Part shown: in pieces, positions 1 through 10,867 of the stretch
Layout of the letters: each line of letters opens with the position of its first letter
Position numbering within the stretch: the first letter of the stretch is position 1
Assembly: GCA_963841015.1 (NCBI GenBank)
Contig: CAWJAX010000005.1
Coordinates: 533,855 to 597,854 of the forward strand
Reading direction: 5' to 3'
From: an uncultured Methanoregulaceae archaeon
GTDB taxonomy: Archaea; Halobacteriota; Methanomicrobia; Methanomicrobiales; Methanospirillaceae
DNA: 64,000 nt
The notes under the pieces: generated by a model
What the model saw: the letters and a program-made list of their open reading frames with translations, nothing else
The model's database searches: none
Told to the model about the DNA's origin: nothing
Position numbers and translations under genes: made by a program

Positions 1-10
1 GAAAAATTTC

Positions 11-466
11 CCGGATTTTGGTTTGACAATATTGCGTCTGTTGCTCCACGTTTGACAGAACAGACGCATTTTGTTAAAAATCTGGCTCTGTGATGCTGGT
101 ATGAATGAAGGAGGGGACAGTACCTGTCACCCCATGCCGCCTCTGCGCTGAGCGATGATGACGTAGCACCGGTTCGGGAGCTATCGCATCGGGGGGCCAT
201 AGTGGCGGGGGTGAAACCCCCCTGAGCGTTTCAGCTTGTAATTGAGCATATCCCATGAAAATCAACGTATTCAGATATAATATGGGGATTGCTGCTACTC
301 TCTGTCTCAGACACGATGATTGCCGCCGCCCCCGACGGGGTGCCGGGGCGGCGGATTGGTAAGCAAAATTCAAAAAAAGTCCCTGCCCCGCCGTGCCTCG
401 CAGAGGCCCTGAGGCGGGAGTCTATCGTATTAATTAAGATTTTCATGGATCGGGAGTGAACCCGAT
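11..466. repeat. Non-coding region with several GC-rich inverted repeats
   Basis: TGCGTCTGTT(33-42)/AACAGACGCA(59-68); CCGCCGCCCC...GGGGCGGCGG (~323-354); ATCGGG-agtgaa-CCCGAT (~449-466); no credible CDS. Confidence 0.6.
108..219 (+). repeat. Dispersed structured repeat family R1, copy 1
   Basis: Aligns along its length with the reverse complement of 38487-38599. Confidence 0.8.
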
Positions 467-690
467 GAGTTCATACCCGTTTCTACAGAGCAAAGAATCC
501 AAGATTCTTCAGGATTGAATTTCTTCCTGTGGGTTTATTAAAATGGTCATGGGATAAAAAATTTTGGAAATGTGGCTCTCGAGAAATTTTTTTGCCATGA
601 TATGAAATACAAAGCACTGGAATAATGAAGGAGGGGCCCTACCTGTCCCCCGATGTCTTCCTTAAAGCAGGGAGAGTCTTAAAAAATGCG

Positions 691-1287
691 TTATACTGCT
701 GCCATATACGCCATGATACCTGATGCTATAATATTAACCGCAATAGCGGCCACCAGCATTCCAAGGACTTTTCCCATGATATCGGTCACAACATCTCCTA
801 AAATGCGCTGGATGTATTCCGAATAGTACAGAACGAGCCACGTGGCAATGAGGGAGAGGGTAATGGCAATTAATGGGACGAGGAATCCATAATCTTTTGA
901 AAGAAGCATTACTGTTGTGATAGCACCCGGCCCACACAGAAGTGGTGTACCGATGACCACTCCGGCAGCAGTTGCTGAATGGTCTTTACAATGCCCGATT
1001 TCAATCCCCAGTGCTTCCTGAATCCCGAGAAGGAAAAGAAGAATTCCCCCGGCAATCTGGAAGCTGGCGATATTGAGCCCAAGGATATCAAAGATCATCT
1101 TATTGAAAATTAAGAAGAGATACATCAGCCCTCCTGCAACTGCAACTGCGATGAACGCCTGTTTATGTATTTCAGCAGGTGTCTGACCTTTGGTCATTGC
1201 CGCAAAGATAGGCACGGACAGAAGCGGGTCAAGAATGATGAACAGGGCAGCAAAAGCATAAATGATTTCGGAAAGTATCTCCTGCAT
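691..1287 (-). CDS. MarC family membrane protein
   Basis: ALFIILDP N-terminus, FQIAGGILLF and PLLCGPGAIT motifs, hydrophobic, 198 aa. Confidence 0.9.
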   Translation of the reverse strand: MQEILSEIIYAFAALFIILDPLLSVPIFAAMTKGQTPAEIHKQAFIAVAVAGGLMYLFLIFNKMIFDILGLNIASFQIAGGILLFLLGIQEALGIEIGHCKDHSATAAGVVIGTPLLCGPGAITTVMLLSKDYGFLVPLIAITLSLIATWLVLYYSEYIQRILGDVVTDIMGKVLGMLVAAIAVNIIASGIMAYMAAV

Positions 1288-1372
1288 GGTCTGAATTATG
1301 ATATAGGCTCTGATTGTGGATAAAATTGCGGGATCAGGGGTCGGTTTTTCATGTGCCGCAAGGGTACAATCT

Positions 1373-2533
1373 CTAAACGATAAAGTAAATAACGAGGATC
1401 GAAGCCGTTGAGATTGCTCCAGCGGCAGAAACCAGACGGGCTTTGATATCGGTCACCAGCACCCATGAAGCAAGACAGAAAAAAATGTAGGGGACAAGCG
1501 TTGTGATCACGGAAATTGTCGCGAGCTGGTCAAAATGGTTGGAAAAGAGCAGGAGCGCTGCACTGATTACGCTTCCGGTGATGAGTGCATACACCGGAGT
1601 ACCATGAAGGTTTAAATCCCTGATCTTAGGCACTGAAAACTGTGCGGACAGGGACTGGAGTATCCGTGAAGTTCCGATAATATAGGCGTTTATTGCCGAA
1701 AGCATTGCCACAATGCCGATTATTGCAATAAAGGTGCCTGAACGGTCAAAGACGATCGCAGCTGCAGTCGCAAGAGGAGCGGGTGATGCAGCAAGGGCTT
1801 GTGCACCAACACTGCCGATAAGGGCAACATTGAGAAGAAGATACAGTGACACTACAATACCCATGACCAGGATAAGCGATCGCCGGATAAGTTTTGGATC
1901 CCGCGTCTCTTCAACCATAATCGCGCTGATCTCAAAACCGGTAAACGGCCAGTACACAATAATGATTGTGGCGAGGAAACCAGTGACAGTGACCGGAGTC
2001 TGGGGGACAAAATTATCTGCTTTTATGAACGGTATAAGAAGGAAAGAGAGGAGCACCAGGGGGATAATCTTGAGCGTAGTGAGGATATTTTCAGTCATCC
2101 CCGAAAGAGAGATTCCCCTGATGTTCAGCCAGCAGAATGCGCCAATAATCACGATCTCGATGAGCAGAACGCTTGAGATGCCAAAATACGCAATGTACTG
2201 ACCTATCCCTGCTGCAATAGTAGAGATGCCAAAAACAGAAGAAACAAGGTACAGTATGATAAGCAGGAACGCAAACCGGGTGCCGAATACCGAAGAGAAA
2301 AGTGAATAAAAACCATTGGATGACGTAAACCGGAAAGAAACATAGGCAAGGGAAAGGAGAACACAGGATGCAGACACGGCAACAATCAGCCATGCAAGCA
2401 GTGACCAGGGACCGCTGAGTTTCGCAGCCACTCCGGGAACAACGAAGATACCTGAACCAATGGTCCCTCCTACCCCGAGGCTGACGAGTTCAAACAATCC
2501 CAGCGATCGTTTGTACTTACCCTCCTCCGTCAT
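1373..2533 (-). CDS. APC-family amino acid permease
   Basis: GGTIGSGIF (TM1) and FTGFE (TM6) signatures; many TM segments. Confidence 0.9.
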   Translation of the reverse strand: MTEEGKYKRSLGLFELVSLGVGGTIGSGIFVVPGVAAKLSGPWSLLAWLIVAVSASCVLLSLAYVSFRFTSSNGFYSLFSSVFGTRFAFLLIILYLVSSVFGISTIAAGIGQYIAYFGISSVLLIEIVIIGAFCWLNIRGISLSGMTENILTTLKIIPLVLLSFLLIPFIKADNFVPQTPVTVTGFLATIIIVYWPFTGFEISAIMVEETRDPKLIRRSLILVMGIVVSLYLLLNVALIGSVGAQALAASPAPLATAAAIVFDRSGTFIAIIGIVAMLSAINAYIIGTSRILQSLSAQFSVPKIRDLNLHGTPVYALITGSVISAALLLFSNHFDQLATISVITTLVPYIFFCLASWVLVTDIKARLVSAAGAISTASILVIYFIV

Positions 2534-2655
2534 ATTTCATCTTTCTTATTTGCATGAAACCAAATTTATAATAGCCGGTAATCTCCATTGTCAGCTATAC
2601 CTGGCTCTTTAAAAAAAAGATGTTGATGAAGGGCTTTGGAAGGTGTGAATTTCTT

Positions 2656-3126
2656 ATGGTAAAAGCAGCAACACCCTCAAAAAAGAGCAGTGCGACCAAA
2701 AAACCGGTTGCAGCAAAAAAGAAAGTCGCAGCAAAAAAGAAAAGTGTCTCCCTGATGAGATACAAATGCAGGGTCTGCGGGTATGTCTATTCACCACTTC
2801 GCGGGGAGCCGCATAATGGTATTCCTGCAGGAACCGCGTTTGATGATCTTCCTGACACCTACCTTTGCCCGGTCTGCGGATTTCAGGGAAAAGGCAAGGT
2901 TGGCAAGTGGGGTTTTGACGAATGGCGCCCGACACGCTATATCTGTTCCATGTGCGATTACATCTATGATGAAAAACGCGGGGAACCTCATCGTGGTATC
3001 AAACCCGGGACAAAATTTGAAGATCTTCCTGAAGATTATGTCTGTCCTGTCTGTGCAACCGATCCAAAAATTGTTTTACGGTATGGGAATGTTCTCAAGC
3101 AGGGTTTCTCCCCCCTGTATGAATGA
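2656..3126 (+). CDS. Tandem two-domain rubredoxin with Lys/Ala-rich N-terminal tail
   Basis: Two CxxC..Y....G.P..GI..GT.F.DLP..Y.CPVC units. Confidence 0.9.
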   Translation: MVKAATPSKKSSATKKPVAAKKKVAAKKKSVSLMRYKCRVCGYVYSPLRGEPHNGIPAGTAFDDLPDTYLCPVCGFQGKGKVGKWGFDEWRPTRYICSMCDYIYDEKRGEPHRGIKPGTKFEDLPEDYVCPVCATDPKIVLRYGNVLKQGFSPLYE

Positions 3127-3683
3127 TTAATCAACTTCCCCTCTTTTTTTTATCATACAAGGAGATAGGCGTGTTTTTTTTTAAAGAATCACCCTCTTCC
3201 GGATTCAGGTGTTTTTGCCTGGTGTTTGGTTTTGGTACCTGATGCATAAACTCACCGGCAGTTTATTTGACAAAAAAACAGGAATTAATGCCTGTTCTTT
3301 ACTGCCCCGCGGTGAGGTCATTTTACCGATATACAATTGAATTGGTCTGATGTCCATACCTTCAGAAGTGTGTGGCGCAGTCTCCTGCCTCAAAGGGATG
3401 CAGGTACCCCCTTCTTAATTCGGACCTGGATAAAGTGAGGGGAGTAGCAAACCTGTGCCCGCTATGAGAGGCAATTCATCACCGAAGATCTTTCCATAGG
3501 ACCAAACCAAAAAAAAACAGATCCTGAAAATTTCAGAGAAAAGATTTCCGGACCGAAGATATCAGTGGATCTCAACGCCGATGGATAACCGCTTCACTGT
3601 CCATATGTGATTATGGAAAGAAACCTAAAAGATTTCTCATCGGGAGAAAATAGCCCGCATCGAAAAGAAAATACAAAAAAAAT

Positions 3684-4722
3684 TTAGATGAGTTTGAAGA
3701 TTGGGTGGTTTTCTGCTTTGCACTCGATACCCAGTTGACGGGTAGCCTCAAGGACCGTGATATCCGTGTAGGCCTGTGCGGTGATCATTGCTTCTACATT
3801 CTCGATGGGTCCGTACATAATCAGGTCTGCCCCAAGCGTGCTGGCAATCATGTTGCAGCCAATATCGGGGGCTGACCATGCTGCCTGCTTGATGCCTTCC
3901 ATTCCGCCGAGGTAGTGGTGGGACATCTGCTGGAGGAGGAGATCTTTGCCCTTGTATCCTTCTGCGAGTACCTGAGGGGGTCTTGCTTGTTCCCTTCCAG
4001 CGTTTGAGCCAGGTCCAGGAAACCGTCATGTTATGGTAGGCACCACCGGTCGGGTAGCCGTGAATTGCCTTGCATGCAAGGATCTCACGGTATGAACCAC
4101 CGCTTCCAAGACCGAGCGGTGTTGCTGCAGTGTCGAGAATCGGGCGTTTGATACCGCAATATTCTGCAATCTCCAGCATACCCTTGGCCTGTCCGGCAAC
4201 GCCACCCTCAACAAGAACCTTCTCCCTGCCGACAACGGATGGGTCAGCCGGGTTGAAGGCGAGGACGATGGCTGCATCGACGTCACTGTTCTTCAGTGCT
4301 TCGATGCTTTCGGGAAGGATCGAACCGTTGATCGAGTTGTAGATCGCACGGTGTGCAAGCCCGACATCAGTCACATACTTGCATGCGTGGGCAAGTGCCT
4401 TGGGAACTGATGAGTCCATCAGGAAGGCAGTCTTGTTGTCAATGCTGTCGAACCAGCTGATATAACTCTCGAATGCTTCCCCGTATTCCGCGATAATCTG
4501 GATGAAGTGCGGGATACCAGTCAGGTCAGAGAGGACCTGACAGCGGTTCCAGAGCGCCTCTGCTTTTGCCTTGTCAATAGTTCCTTTGTGGTCGTCAAGC
4601 ACCACTTCGTGCTTGTTATAGAAGATTGAGGCACCCAATACCGTCGGGTACTCCCCGGGTTGTCCACCGATCTTGGTGCCGTTGAAGTCCCAGACACTCT
4701 GTTCTTTTTCAAATTTGAACAT
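3684..4722 (-). CDS. mtrH: H4MPT S-methyltransferase subunit H (one frameshift near 3970)
   Basis: MFKFEKEQ...IGGQPGEYPTVL N-terminus; C-terminus (GADLIMYGPIEN...HPIFKLI) lies in another frame. Confidence 0.95.
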
Positions 4723-4738
4723 GTTATTTTACACCTCC

Positions 4739-5476
4739 TTATACCAATGTCATCAATTTCTGGTACAAAAACAACAGCATCACAAATACGGTTAGTCCTG
4801 CGACCAGGCCGTAGAGTATGCCGATATCTCGTCCGATCTTTCTTCCAACACGCTGCGCAACCTCAGCATCAACGAACTCAAGCTGCTTCTCGATCTTATC
4901 GAGTCGCTTCTCAATTTCGAGGAACTGGGGATTTGCACCTGCGGCAGCAGTCTCAACCCCACCTGCAGCTTCCTTGACCTCTACGACAATGGCATCAGCA
5001 GCGAACGCACCCGGGTCACGGGCTTTGAGTTCGTTGATTTTTGCCTTGATTACGTTGAGGTCTTCGCTTTCCATGATGTTGACGATTTCCGTCTGTTCCT
5101 GGAAGCGCTTGATGGCTGCATCATTGAGGTTCTCGATGAAAGGAATAGCACCTTCAGCACCGACAACTCTGCCTTCCTTGACACCGCCTTTATGGAGTGC
5201 CCCGAATGTCTGGCCGGATAGGTGGCCTTTGACTTCGGTACCGCAGAACAGCATGAACCTGATGTTGGGGTTGGCGATGACGTTGGCGATGACCTTTTCA
5301 AGACCGAGGTTTTCAGTCTTACAGGAACCGCACAATGCCGCACCTGCGTCACAGATGCCTTTTTCGTCGAGGTGTGAACCCATAGTGACAACAGCCACCG
5401 GACTGTTTGCGTCACCTGCGTAGAAGTCACCCTTGACGAGCGGCCAGCCACTTGCTGGTGATTTCTTGTCTGCCAT
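4739..5476 (-). CDS. mtrA: MtrA-MtrG fusion (second mtrA)
   Basis: MtrA domain ([16 protein letters not shown]) followed by MtrG motif [11 protein letters not shown]...[13 protein letters not shown]. Confidence 0.93.
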   Translation of the reverse strand: MADKKSPASGWPLVKGDFYAGDANSPVAVVTMGSHLDEKGICDAGAALCGSCKTENLGLEKVIANVIANPNIRFMLFCGTEVKGHLSGQTFGALHKGGVKEGRVVGAEGAIPFIENLNDAAIKRFQEQTEIVNIMESEDLNVIKAKINELKARDPGAFAADAIVVEVKEAAGGVETAAAGANPQFLEIEKRLDKIEKQLEFVDAEVAQRVGRKIGRDIGILYGLVAGLTVFVMLLFLYQKLMTLV

Positions 5477-5485
5477 TTTTCCACC

Positions 5486-5698
5486 TCATCCCACCAGTAA
5501 TACCGGCAATACAATCAGGATCAATGCACAGAGCAATCCTGCCATGAACCCGATTATACCGTTCGCGCCGACTGCCGAGTCAATTTTATTGGTCCGTGCC
5601 AGGATTTGTGATTTATAGCGGATGTTTTCCACCATGTTTTCAATCGCAACCATCCTGACTGGTCCTGTATTCTTTGCGTCTTCTCCCATCTCTTTCAC
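5486..5698 (-). CDS. mtrF: Mtr subunit F
   Basis: [19 protein letters not shown] plus C-terminal TM helix; operon position. Confidence 0.9.
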   Translation of the reverse strand: MKEMGEDAKNTGPVRMVAIENMVENIRYKSQILARTNKIDSAVGANGIIGFMAGLLCALILIVLPVLLVG

Positions 5699-6417
5699 CT
5701 CATCATCAGGAATCCGACCAGGGCGAACGAGACGATCAGACCGATCATCAGGCCTTCGATCTTACCTGCATAGACCCCGGCAGCAAATTTGTCCCGGTAT
5801 CCGATATTCGTCACCATTTTTTCGATGACTTTCATGCGGGCAGTGATAAGTGCCATTTCACCGGACAACGGGCGGACTTCGCCACCAGTCTCTTCTGCAC
5901 CACCTGCAGCTTCCTTGACCTCTACGACAATGGCATCAGCAGCGAACGCACCCGGGTCACGGGCTTTGAGTTCGTTGATTTTTGCCTTGATTACGTTGAG
6001 GTCTTCGCTTTCCATGATGTTGACGATTTCCGTCTGTTCCTGGAAACGCTTGATAGCTGCATCATTGAGGTTCTCGATGAAGGGAATAGCCCCTTCAGCA
6101 CCGACGACCCTGCCTTCCTTGACACCGCCTTTGTGGAGTGCCCCGAATGTCTGGCCGGATAGGTGGCCTTTGACTTCGGTACCGCAGAACAGCATGAACC
6201 TGATGTTGGGGTTGGCGATGACGTTGGCGATGACCTTTTCAAGACCGAGGTTTTCAGTCTTACAGGAACCGCACAATGCCGCACCTGCATCACAGATGCC
6301 TTTTTCGTCGAGGTGTGAACCCATGGTGACAACAGCCACCGGGCTGTTTGCGTCGCCTGCGTAGAAGTCACCCTTGACGAGCGGCCAGCCACTTGCTGGT
6401 GATTTCTTGTCTGCCAT
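5695..6417 (-). CDS. mtrA: Mtr subunit A (corrinoid protein)
   Basis: [12 protein letters not shown] cobamide-His motif; C-terminal AGKIEG plus TM helix. Confidence 0.97.
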   Translation of the reverse strand: MADKKSPASGWPLVKGDFYAGDANSPVAVVTMGSHLDEKGICDAGAALCGSCKTENLGLEKVIANVIANPNIRFMLFCGTEVKGHLSGQTFGALHKGGVKEGRVVGAEGAIPFIENLNDAAIKRFQEQTEIVNIMESEDLNVIKAKINELKARDPGAFAADAIVVEVKEAAGGAEETGGEVRPLSGEMALITARMKVIEKMVTNIGYRDKFAAGVYAGKIEGLMIGLIVSFALVGFLMMR

Positions 6418-6418
6418 A

Positions 6419-6712
6419 TCAGCCCACCTTTATCATTTGGAATGCAATGATTCCGGCGATGAATAGTCCGATTGCAAGCCCGTACCAGAATGAGGTAATA
6501 GCACCACCGATCTTGAGACCGTTCTCCCTGTTGGGGAATGATGCAAGCAGATTGCCTGTCCCCGAGAGCATGTTGATAAGGTCATCGCTTGTTGCTTCAA
6601 GGATAGCCACCTTTTCAAGCACGGGTGAGAGCGATTCCCCGGCTGAGGTCACGAGTCCCACAAGGGGATCTGCGACAAGCCCGAATTCCGGAAGTACCTG
6701 AATGTATGCCAT
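6419..6712 (-). CDS. mtrB: Mtr subunit B
   Basis: [16 protein letters not shown]...SFPNRE...FWYG; operon position. Confidence 0.92.
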   Translation of the reverse strand: MAYIQVLPEFGLVADPLVGLVTSAGESLSPVLEKVAILEATSDDLINMLSGTGNLLASFPNRENGLKIGGAITSFWYGLAIGLFIAGIIAFQMIKVG

Positions 6713-6713
6713 G

Positions 6714-7568
6714 TCAGTGTCCCTCCATCTCAGGAATCGGCTTTGCATCAAGCCATGCAGCGGCATCGCGCTTTGACAGGCAGATATACTGGTTGTAGGT
6801 GTATGCCCACCCGATAATTCCAACAATCAGCGATATGACTGCAGCCCCCACGCTGATGAGCGCAAAGGACATGAATGCCGCGACGATCATGCTTAAAAAA
6901 CCACATTCTGCGGTCAACATGAGCATCCGGTCCTGTTTCCAGCCAGGTCCGAGAGTTGCGTTGAACGGGTGCTGGATTGCGATAGCTCCCAGCAGGAATG
7001 CAACGGCGATAAGTGCGCCACCGATGAATGAGTTCTCGGTAGAGGTTATGGATAACCCGAGCATCGAGACTTCGCCTGTGGTCAGGCCGGCAAAGGTGAA
7101 TCCACCGGTCATCAGTGCTGCGAATCCCATGAGAGAAAGTGCACCGACTATTGCCATCTCGGTAAGTGCCTGGACCATTGCCGGGATCTTCATGTTCAGG
7201 ATATTATTTGAAATATACCCGAGGATGAACCCGACAAAAGCTGCGAGAAGAGTTGCTACGATTGGAGCTGCCATACCGAATATTGGTTTAGTGGCAAGCA
7301 CCATTGCAATGACACCGGAACCGAATGCGATCATACCTGCTGACGGAACACCGGTACCAATACCGTAACTGCACAGCACCTTGATAGTGTGGCTTCCCCA
7401 GATCAATGCGATAACCATCGCAAGTCCACCAAAGAATGCGAACATTTCGGTGTTGGTGAGCACGTTGAGGTACGTCAGGTAGAGGCACACAAGTGTGCCC
7501 ACGAGTCCCCCAATCATGATCTTCTGGTGAGGAATGCCCCCTTCAATTACTTCAATTTTTACTGACAT
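6714..7568 (-). CDS. mtrC: Mtr subunit C
   Basis: SYGIGTGVPSAG and QHPFNATLGP motifs. Confidence 0.95.
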   Translation of the reverse strand: MSVKIEVIEGGIPHQKIMIGGLVGTLVCLYLTYLNVLTNTEMFAFFGGLAMVIALIWGSHTIKVLCSYGIGTGVPSAGMIAFGSGVIAMVLATKPIFGMAAPIVATLLAAFVGFILGYISNNILNMKIPAMVQALTEMAIVGALSLMGFAALMTGGFTFAGLTTGEVSMLGLSITSTENSFIGGALIAVAFLLGAIAIQHPFNATLGPGWKQDRMLMLTAECGFLSMIVAAFMSFALISVGAAVISLIVGIIGWAYTYNQYICLSKRDAAAWLDAKPIPEMEGH

Positions 7569-7578
7569 CTTCAACACC

Positions 7579-8413
7579 TCAAATTGCAACGATCAGGATA
7601 GCCAGAAAACCGCAGAGGGCTGATGCGACAGCGGATGCAACGATTGCCCGTGGCCAGCGCTTGAATTTCGGGTCGTGGGGTCCTTCGATGGTTCCCGTGA
7701 TGTTATATGCGGTCAGCACTGCATTCACGAGGAACAAACCAACAGCGAAAATACCTGCGGCTGAAACTGCAATTGGCATCACCTGTTCGGGACGCATACT
7801 CATAACGGCCGGGAGCGTTGCCTCGTAGAGGGTAAGAAGCTGCAGGTAAATGATTGTACCGCCAGCGCCTCCGAGAAAACCCCCGATGACACCACCGACG
7901 AATGATACAAACGGAAGACCGTGACCTTCAGTTCCCTGGGATTTGAATTCCTTCTGTGAATCTCCGGTGATGGGGTCATTAAGGACTTTACCTGATGCTG
8001 CAGGAATACCCATGCCGAAAACATAGACGTAATTCACCATCATACAGGTAATGGCCATCATGAGTCCGCCACCGACTCCACCGGTTATTGTCGCGACGAC
8101 AAGACCCTGTTCAGCAGCCCATGCACCGCCAAAGAGCCCTGCGAGACCAGCACCAGTCTGCAAGCATCGCTACACCAGTTGCGATACCGGGTGCCTGCCC
8201 CATTGCTGCGGGAGCACCACCGACCGGCACGAAGTGTGTACCGAATCCAATCAGGACCCCGCCGATGATGATACCGATCAGGGCCGTGATTCCCAGACCG
8301 GGTGAGATAGCGTATGCCAGACCAATGATGATAATCAGCATGACAACGCCGACTGCCATCGCGGCCGGGTTCACAGCGCCGCCAGCCTGTGGTTTTGCTG
8401 CAACTGCGCTCAT
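7579..8413 (-). CDS. mtrD: Mtr subunit D (frameshift near 8160)
   Basis: HFVPVGGAPAAMGQAPGIATG, then DPITGD...GTEGHGLP and GTIEGPHDPKFK in the next frame. Confidence 0.93.
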
Positions 8414-9310
8414 GAGGATGCCTCCTTGACTTCAGTGTACGGGCCGTAGTTCTTGCGTGCCCAGACCTCAATGTACCGGTCGATGACCGTGAAGATGAGG
8501 ATCATCAGGACACCGACAACGATTGCACCCCAGCCGGCACTGACCTGTTCAAAGAGAACCTGTACGCCAGATTTCCAGGAACACAATCAGACCAAAACAG
8601 ACTCCTGATGCTGAACCACCAATCTTTGCGGTAAACCATCCGTTGTCCAGTGAGTTGCGTTCGCCGGCTTCAGCGTACCGGACGATGTTCCCCGATGCTG
8701 AGATCGGGACACCTGCACCGAACTTCTGGTTCTGGTACTGGCGTTCCTTTCCATAGTACGGGTTGCCTGTCGCAGAACCTGCTGCACCAAGTGCAATACC
8801 CCAGATCAGACCGAGCAGCGGCAGCGGGAACGGGTGTCCCAGTGCACCGTTGATCAGGTGACAGAGTGTTACTACACAGAATATTGCGATAAAGGCATGT
8901 GCCATTGTGACCGATGTCATGGACTTGAGAACGTCCACGTAGACCGGCTGACCGAACTTGGCGAGACTTGCTGTCCTGCCAAGATACGCGGTTGTTGCAT
9001 AGACGCCCTGTACAAAGACTGCGAGTACACAGCCAAGGACAATTGCGAGAACCGCGTTAATCTGCATCGCCATAAAAGCCCAGGCCAGACCTGCGCCGAG
9101 TGCACACCAGAGACCGTATGCTGGGGGTTCACCGGCAACCGCCTTATTGAAGATGCGGTGCACGAAACCCATCTGCGGTGCGAGCTGAACCTGTGAGTTC
9201 GGGTCACCCTGGGACCCGATGTTGGATTCAGTATCTTCCGCAGAACCGGCTATAGTGGCAAGAGCTCCTGTCAATGCAGTAATTCCAATGCCAAATACAA
9301 TTTGTTCCAT
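8410..9310 (-). CDS. mtrE: Mtr subunit E (frameshift near 8560)
   Basis: EDTESNIGSQGDPNSQVQLAPQMG; C-terminus RKNYGPY in the shifted frame ends at 8410. Confidence 0.95.
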
Positions 9311-9410
9311 TTAGCCTCCTCCCTACGTGCGAATGCACGAGAGTATTCAAAATGCAATGCCACGCACATTGAGTTAAAACTCTTTGTGGTTAGTGTAAAA
9401 TTGGTGAGAG

Positions 9411-9431
9411 CTTAATTAAAAGGTTTCGAAA
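9411..9431 (-). promoter_or_regulatory. Candidate BRE/TATA promoter of the mtr operon
   Basis: Minus strand reads CGAAACC-TTTTAATTA about 100 bp upstream of mtrE. Confidence 0.4.
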
Positions 9432-9706
9432 CTTAATTTTCGAGATCGCACTGTAAATCGCCCGAATTATAAAACCAGCGATAATATTGGTTTATTTAAT
9501 CATGTAAATTTACTTTAACGAAAAAAAAGTTGAGTTAATGTGATCATCGGGTTTTTTCTGTGCCATACTCCTTAAAATTCAGTTATCTTATCCAAGGAGG
9601 GCAAATGGTACTGTCTCTCCTTGAATTTAGGAATCCCGGGAATATTCCCCTGGCCCGTCCTGAGAGAATGGAATCGTAGGAAAAATTGAATTTTTTTTTA
9701 ATTGTA

Positions 9707-10867
9707 TTATTGCGAAACTACCTTGTGCATCAATGCCATAACACCGGGTTTTGCTGCCTTGCGGGACCTTTTTGGGAAAGCATCCATCTCCATCATGGGG
9801 GATTCAAACATCTCCTTATTGAGCCGGTCATTGATCTCATCGAAGATCCGGGTGTAAGCAGTGCAATGAGGATCTACCCCGCGGATTTCACCGGGTGTTG
9901 GCGCCATGGCATTATACGGGCATCCTCCCCGGCAATATTTTATATGCCGGCACTCCCCGCAGGCTGTATCCACATAGTTCTTAAACCGGCTCATCAGTTT
10001 CCCTGCATCAGATTGCATGAGGTCATCCATCCCAGGATGATCCCGTACGTTACCCATAACGTATTCCGGCATTCCCACGAACCGATAACACGGGTAGATG
10101 CTCCCGTCAGGTCCGACAGCAAACGTGTTTCCCATGCAATCCACGTATGTGCAGACGGTCCCCCGGCGGGTGAACACGCACCGGCAGAGGTCGTTGATGT
10201 TCATCACATCGATATCCTGTATATGTTCAAGGGATTTATCCAGAAGGTAGACCAGGAGGTCCCCGTATTCCTCAGGGGGAAGAGCCCACTCCTTCGGATT
10301 CTCAGACCGAAGCGAGGGTAGTGCCGGATGTAATTTAAGCGTAAACCCGTTCTTTAAAAAGAAATCAAAAATCTCCTGACGGTGTTTTACTGATTTATTG
10401 GTAAATGTGCAGATAAACCGGACATTCAGACCCTGAGCCCTTGCGATCTCATAGCCCCGCATGGTCTTTTCAAAATATCCTTTTCCCCGTTGGGAGTCAG
10501 TAATGTCTTCGGGACCGTCAATACTTGAACCGATGGGAACATGGTACTCTGCCAGGATCTGGGCTATCTCCGGGGTCATCCGCCAGAGATTTGTCTGCAT
10601 GGCAAATTCCGGGTGAAGATCCTTCAATCCTTCGGCAAGCAGCGGCAGAGCCTGCCGGTAAAACTCCGGACCGGCAAGCAGCGGCTCACCCCCGTGGAAC
10701 GTGAAGGTAACCCGGTCCTTTCGGAAATTTTTAAGCCATGCCACAACTTCTTTGATAGTCTCGATACTCATGACCGGGGATCCTTCCTCAGAACTCCAGC
10801 AATAACTGCACTTGGAAGGACAGCCCAATGTCGGGATGAGCATGATGTGAAAAGGATTTTTCATCAC
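9707..10867 (-). CDS. Radical SAM/SPASM enzyme, likely TIGR04083 (Mhun_1560-like) putative peptide-modifying family
   Basis: CPSKCSYC, FHGGEPLL, SPASM C..C...G.IYPC...CGECRHIKYCRGGCP...C. Confidence 0.8.
   Translation of the reverse strand: MMKNPFHIMLIPTLGCPSKCSYCWSSEEGSPVMSIETIKEVVAWLKNFRKDRVTFTFHGGEPLLAGPEFYRQALPLLAEGLKDLHPEFAMQTNLWRMTPEIAQILAEYHVPIGSSIDGPEDITDSQRGKGYFEKTMRGYEIARAQGLNVRFICTFTNKSVKHRQEIFDFFLKNGFTLKLHPALPSLRSENPKEWALPPEEYGDLLVYLLDKSLEHIQDIDVMNINDLCRCVFTRRGTVCTYVDCMGNTFAVGPDGSIYPCYRFVGMPEYVMGNVRDHPGMDDLMQSDAGKLMSRFKNYVDTACGECRHIKYCRGGCPYNAMAPTPGEIRGVDPHCTAYTRIFDEINDRLNKEMFESPMMEMDAFPKRSRKAAKPGVMALMHKVVSQ

Larger units (their letters stand above)
4959..6417. repeat. Direct repeat of the MtrA domain (4959-5476 and 5900-6417)
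   Basis: About 518 bp per copy; identical protein through KEAAGG with scattered synonymous differences. Confidence 0.95.

Noticed and set aside
148-161. CTGA-gcg-ATGATGA as a C/D-box sRNA K-loop or hammerhead core
   Set aside because: No flanking C and D boxes at the expected spacing, CTGA is not kept in the second R1 copy, and there is no CUGANGA core
74-446. Short minus-strand ORFs of 99 and 71 aa
   Set aside because: They overlap hairpin and repeat DNA and have no recognisable domain
9510-9566. 18-aa minus-strand ORF (MAQKKPDDHINSTFFSLK) as a SPASM substrate or mtr leader peptide
   Set aside because: AAGGAG sits only 1 nt from the ATG and the ORF runs into AT-rich promoter DNA
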